NCBI GenBank assembly: GCA_033809515.1
Contig: JAPXLN010000006.1
Location: forward strand, 15,186-79,185
Direction: 5' to 3'
From: Bacillota bacterium
GTDB lineage: Bacteria; Bacillota; Sulfobacillia; Fermentithermobacillales; Fermentithermobacillaceae
Length of the DNA: 64,000 bases
The notes below the pieces were generated by a model. It saw only the letters and a program-made list of their open reading frames with translations. It did no database searches and was not told where the DNA came from. Positions 19,856 to 29,086 of the stretch are shown here, piece after piece (the stretch's first letter is position 1; each line of letters starts with the position of its first letter). The translations under genes were made by a program, and so were the position numbers.

Positions 19856-21091
19856 TTGAGAAACTGGAATCAGGACAAGCACCCTGTCTTTTTTCTCGGT
19901 GTTGCCCTCTTGGGGCTGGTGATGTGCGCAGCTTTGATTGCCCGGGAAAACGTTGTATCTGAGAACGTATGGGCGCTGGGGGTTTCGCTTGCAGGCATGC
20001 CTGCAAGCGAGGCAGGCCAGGTGGTGGCCGCAAGAGCTCGCGAGATTGAGCGCGGGCCTTTTACTTTTGTCGCAGGTGACCTTAGCTTTCAGGTAGAGAG
20101 CCATGAGCTAAGGGTAGTCCTCGACGATCTGCATCTCAAAGAGAGTATCCAGGTTTATGTGGCCTTACGACCTAAGGCGCTGCCTGCTTTCGTGTTCAGG
20201 ATGGGTAAGCAAAGGGTGGTGGCAGCTTCGTCTTCATTAGATACTCCGGACGCGGGTTTGGTCCTGGAACGGATCGCTAATGCTTTGTCGAAAGAGCCCT
20301 TACCCAGCCGCTACGGGTTTTCTGGGCGTGAGCTTGAGATTTTTCCTCCGGAAGAGGGCCAGGTTGTAACCGTGGAGGATGTAAGGGAAGCTCTTAGCAG
20401 CCTCTCAGGCACGGTTATTCAGGTGCCTTTCCATGCGGTTTTTGCTCCTGCTTCCGGGGAACCCGAACAGCTGGTCCTCCTTGGGGAGTTCTCCACCTCC
20501 TATGACGAGAAAGATACAGACCGGAACGCAAACCTGCGTTTGGCCGGGGCAGCCGTTCACGGTAAGGTGCTGGAAACCGGCGCCACATACAGTTTCAACA
20601 AGTCAGCAGGGGAGAGGACCGCTGCCAAAGGTTACCGGTATGCCAATGTGGTAGTAGGCGACCACCTGGAACCGGGCCTTGCCGGAGGCATCTGCCAGAT
20701 CACTACAACCTTGTTTAACGCCGCTATCAGAGCCGGACTTACGTTTCCTGAGGTTCATGCCCACGGAATCCCGGTAGATTACGTACCTCCCGGATGCGAC
20801 TCTGCCGTTGCCTGGAGCTACCTCGATCTTAAGATAAGAAACAATACAAAGTCTGCCATTGTCTTTGGCGCCTGGGTAGAAAACGGTCAGGTGACAGCCA
20901 GGGTTTTCGGAAGGACAACCGGCATGACTTACGAGATTGACACGGTAACAGTGGAGGAGTACCCGGAAGAGGGGAAGGAACCAGGCCTGCTGGTTGAGAC
21001 CTACCGTGTGGCCAAACGCGACGGTGAGGTTGTGGAAAGGACTCTTGTTATGAGGTCACGGTACCTGCCCAGGGTCCCTCTGAAAAAGTGA
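19856..21091 (+). CDS. VanW-domain protein (membrane anchored)
   Basis: N-terminal TM segment. C-terminal region YSFNKSAGERTAAKGYRYANVVVGDHLEPGLAGGICQITTTLFNAAIRAGL is typical of the VanW domain. Confidence 0.6.
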   Translation: MRNWNQDKHPVFFLGVALLGLVMCAALIARENVVSENVWALGVSLAGMPASEAGQVVAARAREIERGPFTFVAGDLSFQVESHELRVVLDDLHLKESIQVYVALRPKALPAFVFRMGKQRVVAASSSLDTPDAGLVLERIANALSKEPLPSRYGFSGRELEIFPPEEGQVVTVEDVREALSSLSGTVIQVPFHAVFAPASGEPEQLVLLGEFSTSYDEKDTDRNANLRLAGAAVHGKVLETGATYSFNKSAGERTAAKGYRYANVVVGDHLEPGLAGGICQITTTLFNAAIRAGLTFPEVHAHGIPVDYVPPGCDSAVAWSYLDLKIRNNTKSAIVFGAWVENGQVTARVFGRTTGMTYEIDTVTVEEYPEEGKEPGLLVETYRVAKRDGEVVERTLVMRSRYLPRVPLKK

Positions 21092-21101
21092 GCGATGAGG
21101 C

Positions 21102-22103
21102 ATGAGGAAAACCAGGAAGGCATTTGACGTGATTGAGGATATCACCGCCGGCAAGGTGGCGCCGGTCTACCTTATCTATGGGGAGGAGGTCTACTGGCAC
21201 CGGGCGCTCACGGATGCTCTCATTGCCCGGTTTACCGATGGGGCAGAGACCCTTTCCGGCGATGAGACTCAGTGGGAAGACCTCCGGAGCATGCTGAGCC
21301 AGCCTTCATTCTTCGGCCCCAGGATGTGGGTAATCAGAGATGCCCATCTCATGCAGGGTTCTAAACAAGAACCGGGTATCCGGGTTATTGCCCCAGGAAA
21401 CTGCCTGGTTCTGTCTTGTCCTGTGAAGGATAGCCCTCTTTCCGGAAGGGCATCCGGAGCCTGGGATGAATTGGGCCTGCAGGTGATTGAGGCCGCTCAG
21501 CCTTCCTATTCAGAGGCCGTGCAATGGGTATCCAGGAATCTGGCTTCTCACGGACTGAAGCTGACCGGAGAAGCGGCCGAGAACCTTGTTTCGATTACCG
21601 GACGCAGTATAGAAAGGCTCAACCATGAGGCGGAGAAAATCAGATTGTACCTGGCGGGCGGTCCGGTAAAGCAGGTAACGCCTTCAGTGATCGCCGCATG
21701 CGTTTCAGCCGATCCTGAGAAAACCGCCTTCGGATTCGTAGATGCCGTTGCAGCAAAAGACTCTGCCGGAGCTTCATCTGAACTGGCTCAGCTTCAGGCC
21801 AGGGGAGTAAACCCTATTATGCTCATAGCTATGCTATCATCTCACTTCGTGCTCTTGTGGAGGGCCAAGGAGTACGCAAGAAAAGAGAAATCCCAGGGTT
21901 CTATTGAGAAGGCCCTGGGAGTCCACCCATATTCGGCCAGAAAAGCTCTGAGGCAGTCCAGGCAATGGACTTTTTCACAGCTTGAAGAGGCAGTATTCAC
22001 GTTGTGCCGCGTTGATCAGTCTATTAAGTCAGGGCTCATGGATCCCTCATCCGGCATCCAGTTTCTAGTCTTGAACTTGTGTAACCTCACAGACAGCCCA
22101 TAG
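21102..22103 (+). CDS. holA: DNA polymerase III delta subunit
   Basis: PVYLIYGEEVYWHRALTDALIA at the N-terminus and ~333 aa in length. It holds the conserved position after comEC, as in Bacillus. Confidence 0.75.
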   Translation: MRKTRKAFDVIEDITAGKVAPVYLIYGEEVYWHRALTDALIARFTDGAETLSGDETQWEDLRSMLSQPSFFGPRMWVIRDAHLMQGSKQEPGIRVIAPGNCLVLSCPVKDSPLSGRASGAWDELGLQVIEAAQPSYSEAVQWVSRNLASHGLKLTGEAAENLVSITGRSIERLNHEAEKIRLYLAGGPVKQVTPSVIAACVSADPEKTAFGFVDAVAAKDSAGASSELAQLQARGVNPIMLIAMLSSHFVLLWRAKEYARKEKSQGSIEKALGVHPYSARKALRQSRQWTFSQLEEAVFTLCRVDQSIKSGLMDPSSGIQFLVLNLCNLTDSP

Positions 22104-22134
22104 CTTACCGTGGCCACTCAGTGGCAGACGGTGA

Positions 22135-22386
22135 TTACATGCGGGCTGCCAACCGCGACTTATACCGGGCTCCTGTGTTAGGTTTCAGTACTCCCTTGGT
22201 CACTGCCCGGTCAATAGCTGACTGAACCTGTTTGTAGGCCTCGACTATGCGCTCCTCGTCTTGGGAGTTGACCGCATCTTTGTACTGACGAATACGGGTA
22301 CGCACCATGGAACGTACTGCCATGTTGCGTATGCGGCGTTTTTGGGATCGCCGGACATCCTTTTCGCTTGATTTGATGTTTGCCAA
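22135..22386 (-). CDS. rpsT: 30S ribosomal protein S20 (start TTG at 22386; the ORF track extends to 22422)
   Basis: ANIKSSEKDVRRSQKRRIRNMAVRS...GARYKSRLAARM. GGAGGTG RBS lies upstream of the TTG. Confidence 0.85.
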   Translation of the reverse strand: MANIKSSEKDVRRSQKRRIRNMAVRSMVRTRIRQYKDAVNSQDEERIVEAYKQVQSAIDRAVTKGVLKPNTGARYKSRLAARM

Positions 22387-22524
22387 ATATTGCACCTCCA
22401 AGAGAAGGCTAACACTCTGCATCTTATCATCAGGTATTCCTTCTGTGCAACCGTTGTCTGACTCTGAGCCTGATTTTATATGCCCGAATGACCCCGGGAC
22501 CGCAAGTTGGGCCGGCTACAAGGC

Positions 22525-23370
22525 CTACGGAGCAAGGCTGCTCAGTTCCCGTACATAGAGATCCATACAAGTCACAAACTGCTTGATTGCTGAAGCTGCT
22601 TTGGTGCCGTTACCGCCTGCTATTTCCTGTGCTGTTCGGACGGCTTTGTAGAGTTCTTCTGTGACGGCTACTGCTGAACTGTGAACCCGGGCCAGGCCTG
22701 TTTCTGGGGTGATCTTGGCCAGGTCACTTTTGACAGCCCCCAGGTCTGTCTCCATTGCAGACAGGTCAACTTGACTGTCTTGGCCTAACACCGTCGAATC
22801 CAGGTACGAAAGGAGCGACGCCACAGCTTTGTCGGCTTTATCAAAAGCTTTCTTCAGGCTCTCTACGTGAGAGCTGTTTCCGGTGAAACTGAATGAGTAA
22901 GATGATACCTGCATAGTGCCTACATAGGGCTTTTCGCTTGCGCCAAGCTTGGGCTGTACAGTTGATGAGATCCTGTCGGCCGCGTCTTTTGAACCGGCGA
23001 TACCGCAGTACACCTTGTAGAGAGGATCGGGGCTCATAACCGCAGCGCCGACGCCCTTCTTAAGAGCTTCGTCTACGAGCTTGTCGGCATTATCTTTGTT
23101 GGCAAACGCCCCGATTTGGACCCGGTACAACGTCAGCGAACTCGTCTGGACCTGGCCTGTTGCAGTTGTGATCTTAGACGGGTCGTCCCCGGATACAGGT
23201 TGTCCTCCGGGAGACCTGTGAAGCAGAGAAGCCAGAAAGTACTTGCCGATGAGATAGCCCGAACCTACGAATGCCAGAGCTATGATCACAAACACGAGAG
23301 TTTGCGAGATCGCCCGTGTGCGGCCCATTCTGCTTCGCCGCATGGACTTACACCTCCCCCAAATAATCAC
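22525..23370 (-). CDS. SPOR-domain membrane protein (sporulation/septal peptidoglycan-binding repeat)
   Basis: N-terminal TM VFVIIALAFVGSGYLIG. SPOR-like segment YRVQIGAFANKDNADKLVDEALKKG. Confidence 0.55.
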   Translation of the reverse strand: MIIWGRCKSMRRSRMGRTRAISQTLVFVIIALAFVGSGYLIGKYFLASLLHRSPGGQPVSGDDPSKITTATGQVQTSSLTLYRVQIGAFANKDNADKLVDEALKKGVGAAVMSPDPLYKVYCGIAGSKDAADRISSTVQPKLGASEKPYVGTMQVSSYSFSFTGNSSHVESLKKAFDKADKAVASLLSYLDSTVLGQDSQVDLSAMETDLGAVKSDLAKITPETGLARVHSSAVAVTEELYKAVRTAQEIAGGNGTKAASAIKQFVTCMDLYVRELSSLAP

Positions 23371-23410
23371 TGGGTTCCGGACATTGCCGAAACATTACTA
23401 CCAAGAATCC

Positions 23411-24784
23411 TTATTCCCAAGTACTATCAGTAATGCCAAGCCTTCTGCGGATATGCGTTCTCAGAGGTCCTATGAGATATAATGATCCGCAGCTTAGGAT
23501 TACATCGTCCGGTCCTGCTTTTTCAAGAGCCAGGTCAAAAGCTCGTCTTGGGTCAGGTTCCACTGTGACATTCTGCGTATGCTTTCTTGCTTCCTCTGCA
23601 AGAATCGCAGGTTCCAGACTGCGCGGCGAGTCAGGTTTGGTAAGTATGATCTCATCGCACTGGGGAGCAATGAAGGCAGTTGACTCTCTGTAAGGCTTAT
23701 CTGCGAGTATGCCGTAAACACATATAAGCTTGTTTCTTGAAACGCTCTCTACTGCCTGTGACAGAGCTCTGATGCCTTCCGGGTTGTGAGCTACGTCCAG
23801 TATTATGGCAGGGCCCTTGGACATTATCTCGAAACGCCCTGGCCACCTGGTGGCGGCCAATCCAGCCCTTATGGATTCAGGTCCTGCGTAGATTGGTTTT
23901 CGGGACGTGTGTTTTCGTGCGGCTTCCACTGCAGTTACTGCTACAGCTGCGTTTTGCTGCTGGTATTTGCCAAGGAGGGGCACTTTCAGGTTGCGGTGGC
24001 AGAACCCGGGGCCGGCAACGTCAATCACTTGTCCGTAAATGGAACTGGATACCTGGTTCCAGCTTGCGCATGTTGAAATCTGCTGCGCCTTTGCGGATGT
24101 TTGGTTCAAACCCTGTTTTACCTGATAAAGGGGAGCGTTCAATTTCCCGGCGACACTTGAGATGACGCCGAAAGACTCGTCCTCAACCACTCCTGTGACC
24201 ACCGGCACACCTTGCTTGATTATGCCCGATTTCTCAAAGGCGATTTCGGCCAGGGTATTTCCAAGCCTGTCAGTGTGATCGAAAGATATAGTCGTAATGA
24301 TGGATACTGCAGGTTCTACAACATTTGTAGCGTCAAAGCGCCCGCCTAACCCTACTTCCAAAGAGACAAAGTCGCAGTTTTCCCCGGCGAAGTACAGAAA
24401 AGCCATAGCTGTTATTATCTCAAACTCGGTTGGGTGTTCCTCGCCCATTTCGACCATCTGCTCAACTCTGGGGCGCACCTGGTTTACTAGGTCTATCAGA
24501 CTTTTTTCCGAAATCAGCTTGCCGTTAATCGTCATGCGTTCCCGGAAGTCCTCCAGGTAGGGCGAGATATACATGCCTGTCCTGTACCCGGCCGCCCGGA
24601 GAATGGAAGCTGTCATTGCAGTGACCGAACCCTTGCCGTTTGTGCCTGCTACATGAATGTACTCAGGTTCTTTCTCGGGGTTTCCCAAGAGGTTCAGGAG
24701 CGTGGATGTTCTATGGAGTCCGGGTTTTGACCCGAACCGCGCCGTTGAGTGTATCCATGCCAGGGCTTCGTCGTAAGCTTTCAT
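23411..24784 (-). CDS. folC: folylpolyglutamate synthase / dihydrofolate synthase
   Basis: HVAGTNGKGSV P-loop typical of the Mur ligase family, FolC-like N-terminus, and the conserved valS-folC pairing. Confidence 0.85.
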   Translation of the reverse strand: MKAYDEALAWIHSTARFGSKPGLHRTSTLLNLLGNPEKEPEYIHVAGTNGKGSVTAMTASILRAAGYRTGMYISPYLEDFRERMTINGKLISEKSLIDLVNQVRPRVEQMVEMGEEHPTEFEIITAMAFLYFAGENCDFVSLEVGLGGRFDATNVVEPAVSIITTISFDHTDRLGNTLAEIAFEKSGIIKQGVPVVTGVVEDESFGVISSVAGKLNAPLYQVKQGLNQTSAKAQQISTCASWNQVSSSIYGQVIDVAGPGFCHRNLKVPLLGKYQQQNAAVAVTAVEAARKHTSRKPIYAGPESIRAGLAATRWPGRFEIMSKGPAIILDVAHNPEGIRALSQAVESVSRNKLICVYGILADKPYRESTAFIAPQCDEIILTKPDSPRSLEPAILAEEARKHTQNVTVEPDPRRAFDLALEKAGPDDVILSCGSLYLIGPLRTHIRRRLGITDSTWE

Positions 24785-27471
24785 TGCAGTGCTCCTTTGG
24801 TCTGGCTGAGAGATTGTACACGTTTTCTGAGAAGCCCGATTTTGTCCCGGAGTTCTCCCTGCTTGCGCTTCTGTGCCTCTATGATCTCCTGAGGCGCCTT
24901 AGACAGAAAGTCCTGATTAGACAGACGGCCTTCAGCTCGCTCCAGTTCCTTTTCAAGTTCGCCAATAGACTTTTCGAGTCTCTCGATCTCTTTGTCTATG
25001 TCGATTATACCCTCTAATGGCAGGTATATCTGAACCTCTCCGGTCACGCCCGTGAGAACGTGTCGTCCTTGAACGGTGCCGGTGGTAATCTCCAGAGGGT
25101 CTGTCCAGGCAAGTCCCTGAATATACGGTGACAAAGCCTGCCACCTGGACGGATCTGAACAGACCAGGATGACCCTTGCCTTCTGTCCTGTGGGTATGTT
25201 GACCTCAGCTCTCATGTTCCGAATTGTCTTGATTGTCTCGATGAGCTCTTCCATTTCCCCTTGAGCTTCTCTGTCTTCGGGAAATGTCTCCGGTGAAGGA
25301 TAAGGAGAGATTGCCAGGCTTCCCTCAGGGCCTTCCTGCCTTCCGGGAAGATGTGCCCACAGCTCCTCCGTAAGAAATGGGATAAACGGGTGAAGCAAGG
25401 CAAGCGAATCCCTTAGCACCTTCCAGAGCACATACCTGGTTTCATCTGCCAGAGCCAGATCGCCCAAATCCCTTTTGGATATCTCAATGTACCAGTCACA
25501 GAACTCGTCCCACACGAAGCTGGTTACGAGGTTTATGGCATCTCCCGGTTCGAACCTGTCCAGAGACTCCCTGACTCCCTGCACGGTCTTGTCTAGCCGG
25601 GACAGGATCCACCTTCCGGCAGTCCCTTTAGGAGTGATGGCTGCAGGAGCTTCGGATCCTGTGAGATTGGACAGGCAGTAGCGACTGGCGTTCCAAAGCT
25701 TGTTGCAGAAGTTTCTGGCGCCTTCGATTTTCTCGGGAAACAGCCTCATGTCGTTTCCCATGGCGCTGCCTGTGACAAGTGACAGCCTCAGGGCGTCGGT
25801 GCCGTATGTTTCTGTGACTACCAGAGGGTCGATTCCCGTGCCCTGGCTCTTGGACATAGTGCGCCCTTGAGCATCTTTGACCATGCCATGAAGAACTACG
25901 TACTTGAAGGGTTCCTTGCCTGTAAACTCCAGTGACATGAAGATCATCCTGGCAACCCAGAAGAATATTATGTCATAGCCTGTGACGAGAACGTCGGTGG
26001 GGAAGAAGCAGTCAAGGTCAGGAGTTTTCTCTGGCCAACCGAGGGTGGAAAAGGGCCACAGACCCGAGGAAAACCAGGTATCCAGGACATCCTCGTCTTG
26101 CTTGACAGGTCCGCCGCAGTCGGGGCAATCCGGCGGTGCTTCCCGGGTGACCATCATCTTGCCACAATCCTGGCAGTACCAGGCTGGGATCCTGTGTCCC
26201 CACCAGAGCTGCCGTGAGATGCACCAGTCTCTTATGTTCTCCATCCAGTTCTCGTACACTCTGGTGAACCGGTCTGGCACGAAGGTTACCTTGCCTTCCC
26301 GGACTGCCTTAAGCGCAGGTTCTGCCAGGGGTTGCATTCTCACGAACCACTGCTTGGATATGAGCGGCTCCACTGCCGTGTTGCACCGGTGGCAGTGCCC
26401 GAGAGGCATTTTGTATGGCTCGACTTTCACCAGGTAGCTGCCGTCCTCCAGGTCCTTGACGATCCTCTTCCGGCACTCATATCTGTCCAGACCTGCGTAA
26501 GGACCTGCTTCATCTGTCATCTTTCCGTAGGTGTCAATCACCGTGACGAATTCCAGGTTGTGTCTGTGCCCTATCTCGAAGTCGTTAGGGTCGTGGGCAG
26601 GTGTCATCTTGACTGCGCCTGTCCCAAAAGCCGGGTCTACGTAGCTATCTGCGATAATTGGCAGCTTACGCCCTATAAGGGGAAGAATAGCTTCCTGGCC
26701 TACGAGATCCTTGTATCGCTCATCTTCCGGGTTTACCGCTATGGCAGTGTCGCCAAGCATAGTCTCAGGCCTGGTGGTTGCCACCTCGACAAAGCCGCCT
26801 TCAGGTCTGTTCAGGGGATATCGTACATGGTACAGTGAGCCGTCTGTCTCCTGGTGTTCTACTTCGATGTCGGATATAACAGTATGACATGCAGGACAGA
26901 AGTTAACCATGTAGTCGCCCTTGTATATTAGGCCCTTCTCGTATAGCCTGACAAAAACCTCAGTAACGGCCCGGGAACACCCTTCGTCCATGGTGAACCT
27001 TTCCCGGGACCAGTCACAGGATGCTCCCATGGCCTTCATCTGGTCGGTGATAATGTGACCGTATTTGTCCTTCCACTGCCAGGCCCTTTCCAGGAACTTC
27101 TCCCGGCCAAGGCTGCGCCTGCTGGTTCCCTCTGACGCCAGAAGCGCCTCAATTCTGGCATGGGTTGCTATAGATGCATGGTCGGTTCCCGGAAGCCACA
27201 GGGTTTCGTATCCCAGCATGCGATGGTACCTTACGAGGATGTCCTGGAGGGTGAGGTCCAGGGCATGCCCGATGTGGAGGGAGCCTGTTATGTTGGGAGG
27301 CGGCATGGCCAAGGAGAATTTGGGCTTTCCTGGATTAACCGCCGGCTTGAAAAGATTGTGGTTTACCCAGTAATCGTACCACTTTCGCTCGAAGGTCCCC
27401 GGGGCATATGTTCTGGCAAGAGCTTCCCCGCTGCTTGAGATTCCGGTGTTGGGCTGTTTCACTTTGACCAC
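24781..27471 (-). CDS. valS: valyl-tRNA synthetase
   Basis: HIGH variant PPPNITGSLHIGHAL and KMSKS. Length 896 aa with a coiled-coil C-terminus. GTG start. Confidence 0.95.
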   Translation of the reverse strand: MVKVKQPNTGISSSGEALARTYAPGTFERKWYDYWVNHNLFKPAVNPGKPKFSLAMPPPNITGSLHIGHALDLTLQDILVRYHRMLGYETLWLPGTDHASIATHARIEALLASEGTSRRSLGREKFLERAWQWKDKYGHIITDQMKAMGASCDWSRERFTMDEGCSRAVTEVFVRLYEKGLIYKGDYMVNFCPACHTVISDIEVEHQETDGSLYHVRYPLNRPEGGFVEVATTRPETMLGDTAIAVNPEDERYKDLVGQEAILPLIGRKLPIIADSYVDPAFGTGAVKMTPAHDPNDFEIGHRHNLEFVTVIDTYGKMTDEAGPYAGLDRYECRKRIVKDLEDGSYLVKVEPYKMPLGHCHRCNTAVEPLISKQWFVRMQPLAEPALKAVREGKVTFVPDRFTRVYENWMENIRDWCISRQLWWGHRIPAWYCQDCGKMMVTREAPPDCPDCGGPVKQDEDVLDTWFSSGLWPFSTLGWPEKTPDLDCFFPTDVLVTGYDIIFFWVARMIFMSLEFTGKEPFKYVVLHGMVKDAQGRTMSKSQGTGIDPLVVTETYGTDALRLSLVTGSAMGNDMRLFPEKIEGARNFCNKLWNASRYCLSNLTGSEAPAAITPKGTAGRWILSRLDKTVQGVRESLDRFEPGDAINLVTSFVWDEFCDWYIEISKRDLGDLALADETRYVLWKVLRDSLALLHPFIPFLTEELWAHLPGRQEGPEGSLAISPYPSPETFPEDREAQGEMEELIETIKTIRNMRAEVNIPTGQKARVILVCSDPSRWQALSPYIQGLAWTDPLEITTGTVQGRHVLTGVTGEVQIYLPLEGIIDIDKEIERLEKSIGELEKELERAEGRLSNQDFLSKAPQEIIEAQKRKQGELRDKIGLLRKRVQSLSQTKGALQ

Positions 27472-27732
27472 CTGACTTCCTTAAGTAAGTATAAGGCCCC
27501 TCCATCACAAGGACGAAGGGGCCGTTTTTTCGCGGTACCACCTTGTTTCCGGTTGCCCGGCACTCATGGCCTTAACGCGGCGTGACGCTCAGACGTTTCC
27601 GCTGAGTTCTCAAGGGCGACCTTCCGTGGGCCTCTTCCCGCAAAGCTCTCACCGCATGGTCGGATTCACCAGGGCTTTGCTCTCTTTTAGGGGAGCTTCC
27701 ACGTACTCCTCCCTCTCATGGAATAGCCTATT
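27472..27732 (-). promoter_or_regulatory. T-box riboswitch leader of valS (specifier probably Val, candidate GUC)
   Basis: The minus strand carries AACAAGGUGGUACCGCGAAAAAACGG, the T-box consensus AGGGUGGNACCGCG. The terminator hairpin GGCCCCUUC...GGAGGGGCC follows, and then the valS RBS. Confidence 0.75.
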
Positions 27733-27738
27733 TTGAGC

Positions 27739-27767
27739 ATTATATCAGCCCGGAAGACCTTGCGCAA
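27739..27767 (-). promoter_or_regulatory. sigma-A promoter for the valS T-box leader: TTGCGC, 17-nt spacer, TATAAT
   Basis: The reverse complement of 27739-27744 is TATAAT. The reverse complement of 27762-27767 is TTGCGC. Confidence 0.5.
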
Positions 27768-27821
27768 ACAGTGGATGGAAAAAGAAAGGGCTGCATAACC
27801 TTGCTGTTTGCCTAGTAAGTA

Positions 27822-28070
27822 ATGTCTAAAGACCGTGTTTACCGGGGCGGTGACCTAGATGACCCGGCAGGAGTCGCCGCGCTGCTTGAGCCAGGTGATG
27901 TAATAGGGTACCAGACGAAAGGCGAGATATGCCATGTGGCGGTTGTCGTGGGCGCTGACCCTGTGGGTTACCCCACAATCGTCAGTCATACTGCCGACAG
28001 GTTGTACTTTCCCTGGGATCTGGGGTGGGACAAAGGGACAATCTTCTGGTTCATCAAAATAACCTACTAA
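27822..28070 (+). CDS. small hypothetical protein (82 aa), possibly a fragment of a permuted papain-fold/amidase-like protein
   Basis: ORF with the segment GEICHVAVVVG. No RBS checked. It may be a remnant. Confidence 0.25.
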   Translation: MSKDRVYRGGDLDDPAGVAALLEPGDVIGYQTKGEICHVAVVVGADPVGYPTIVSHTADRLYFPWDLGWDKGTIFWFIKITY

Positions 28071-28077
28071 ATAAAAA

Positions 28078-28152
28078 TGGTGGCCCCAACGGGAATTGAA
28101 CCCGTGTTGCCGCCTTGAAAGGGCGGTGTCTTAACCACTTGACCATGGGGCC
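28078..28152 (-). tRNA. tRNA-Glu (anticodon UUC)
   Basis: Reverse complement GGCCCCATGGTCAAGTGGTTAAGACACCGCCCTTTCAAGGCGGCAACACGGGTTCAATTCCCGTTGGGGCCACCA. Anticodon loop CUUUCAA. Encoded CCA end. Confidence 0.9.
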
Positions 28153-28162
28153 GCTTTCGATG

Positions 28163-28237
28163 TGGTGCGCCCGGGGTGCATCGAACACCCGACCAATCGG
28201 TTATGAGCCGATCGCTCTGCCGCTGAGCTACGGGCGC
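28163..28237 (-). tRNA. tRNA-Met (anticodon CAU; elongator, or tRNA-Ile2 if lysidinylated)
   Basis: Reverse complement GCGCCCGTAGCTCAGCGGCAGAGCGATCGGCTCATAACCGATTGGTCGGGTGTTCGATGCACCCCGGGCGCACCA. Anticodon loop CUCAUAA. G1-C72 is paired, so it is not an initiator. Confidence 0.85.
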
Positions 28238-28243
28238 ACATAT

Positions 28244-28320
28244 TGGCTCCTCGAGCAGGATTCGAACCTGCAACCCTCCGGTTAACAGCCGGATGCTCTG
28301 CCGTTGAGCTATCGAGGAGC
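28244..28320 (-). tRNA. tRNA-Asn (anticodon GUU)
   Basis: Reverse complement GCTCCTCGATAGCTCAACGGCAGAGCATCCGGCTGTTAACCGGAGGGTTGCAGGTTCGAATCCTGCTCGAGGAGCCA. Anticodon loop CUGUUAA. Confidence 0.9.
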
Positions 28321-28329
28321 AGCAATGAC

Positions 28330-28358
28330 ACTATAGCGAGAAAGATGCATGTTGTCAA
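28330..28358 (-). promoter_or_regulatory. sigma-A promoter of the tRNA cluster: TTGACA, 17-nt spacer, TATAGT, ~7 nt before tRNA-Asn
   Basis: The reverse complement of 28353-28358 is TTGACA. The reverse complement of 28330-28335 is TATAGT. Confidence 0.6.
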
Positions 28359-28643
28359 GAAATCAGCTGCAGTTCCTGTGGCTACTTGGCTGCACAAGGT
28401 GAGGGCCAGGCTGGGCGGGCAAGTGTAGGATTTGGTGCCAGATGGGCGCCGCTAGCGCAAACCGGAATCGGGCACCCAACCGAATCCAAAACTCAATCCC
28501 GCAACTGGAGCTTACTTCGAGAAACCTTCCATTGGGGGTGTAGGTTCTTGCGGCCTGAATACGGTGAGATTTGAATAGACTGCCAGCACCAGGGATATCA
28601 TACTTGGCGAGTTGCATTTGGGCGTGTCAGGAGGTGAAGGATC

Positions 28644-28985
28644 TTGGGCCAGAGCTCATGGATAGGCGCAGTGATCAGATTTGTGGTGTCTGCCATCGTC
28701 CTTATGGTTCTGGGGTTGGTGCTTCCGGGCTTTGCGGTGTTCGGGTTCGTCAACGCCTTGATCGCAGCGGTTGTCATAGCAGCTATGGGATGGGCTGTTG
28801 AAGCTATCCTGGGTCAAAGGGTGTCTCCCCAATCCCGGGGCATAGTAGGCTTCATCGTAGCTGCGGTTGTGATCTACGTTTCGCAGTACGTGGTACCTGG
28901 AATGTCTGTGACAGTCCTTGGTGCCCTGCTAGCTTCGCTTGTTGTAGGTATCATAGATGCATTTGTGCCGACAGTGATAAGGTAA
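28644..28985 (+). CDS. phage-holin-family 4-TM membrane protein (YvlD/Phage_holin_4_2-like)
   Basis: 113 aa with four hydrophobic segments and the motif LVLPGFAVFGFVNALIAAVV. TTG start after AGGAGGTG. Confidence 0.5.
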   Translation: MGQSSWIGAVIRFVVSAIVLMVLGLVLPGFAVFGFVNALIAAVVIAAMGWAVEAILGQRVSPQSRGIVGFIVAAVVIYVSQYVVPGMSVTVLGALLASLVVGIIDAFVPTVIR

Positions 28986-29086
28986 ATCCGGCAAGACCGG
29001 ATGCACCGGAACCAAGCTTCCGGGCCCGTCGCATTCAGAGGCGGCATTATCCTCTTCTCCCTGTCATATCCAAAAGGGAGGGGAGC

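Noticed and set aside
28360-28640. Possible small ncRNA between the tRNA promoter and the holin-like gene
   Set aside because: This is ~280 nt without long ORFs, but I could recognise no conserved RNA motif (6S, tmRNA, RNase P, SRP or riboswitch cores). It is most simply the divergent promoter region.
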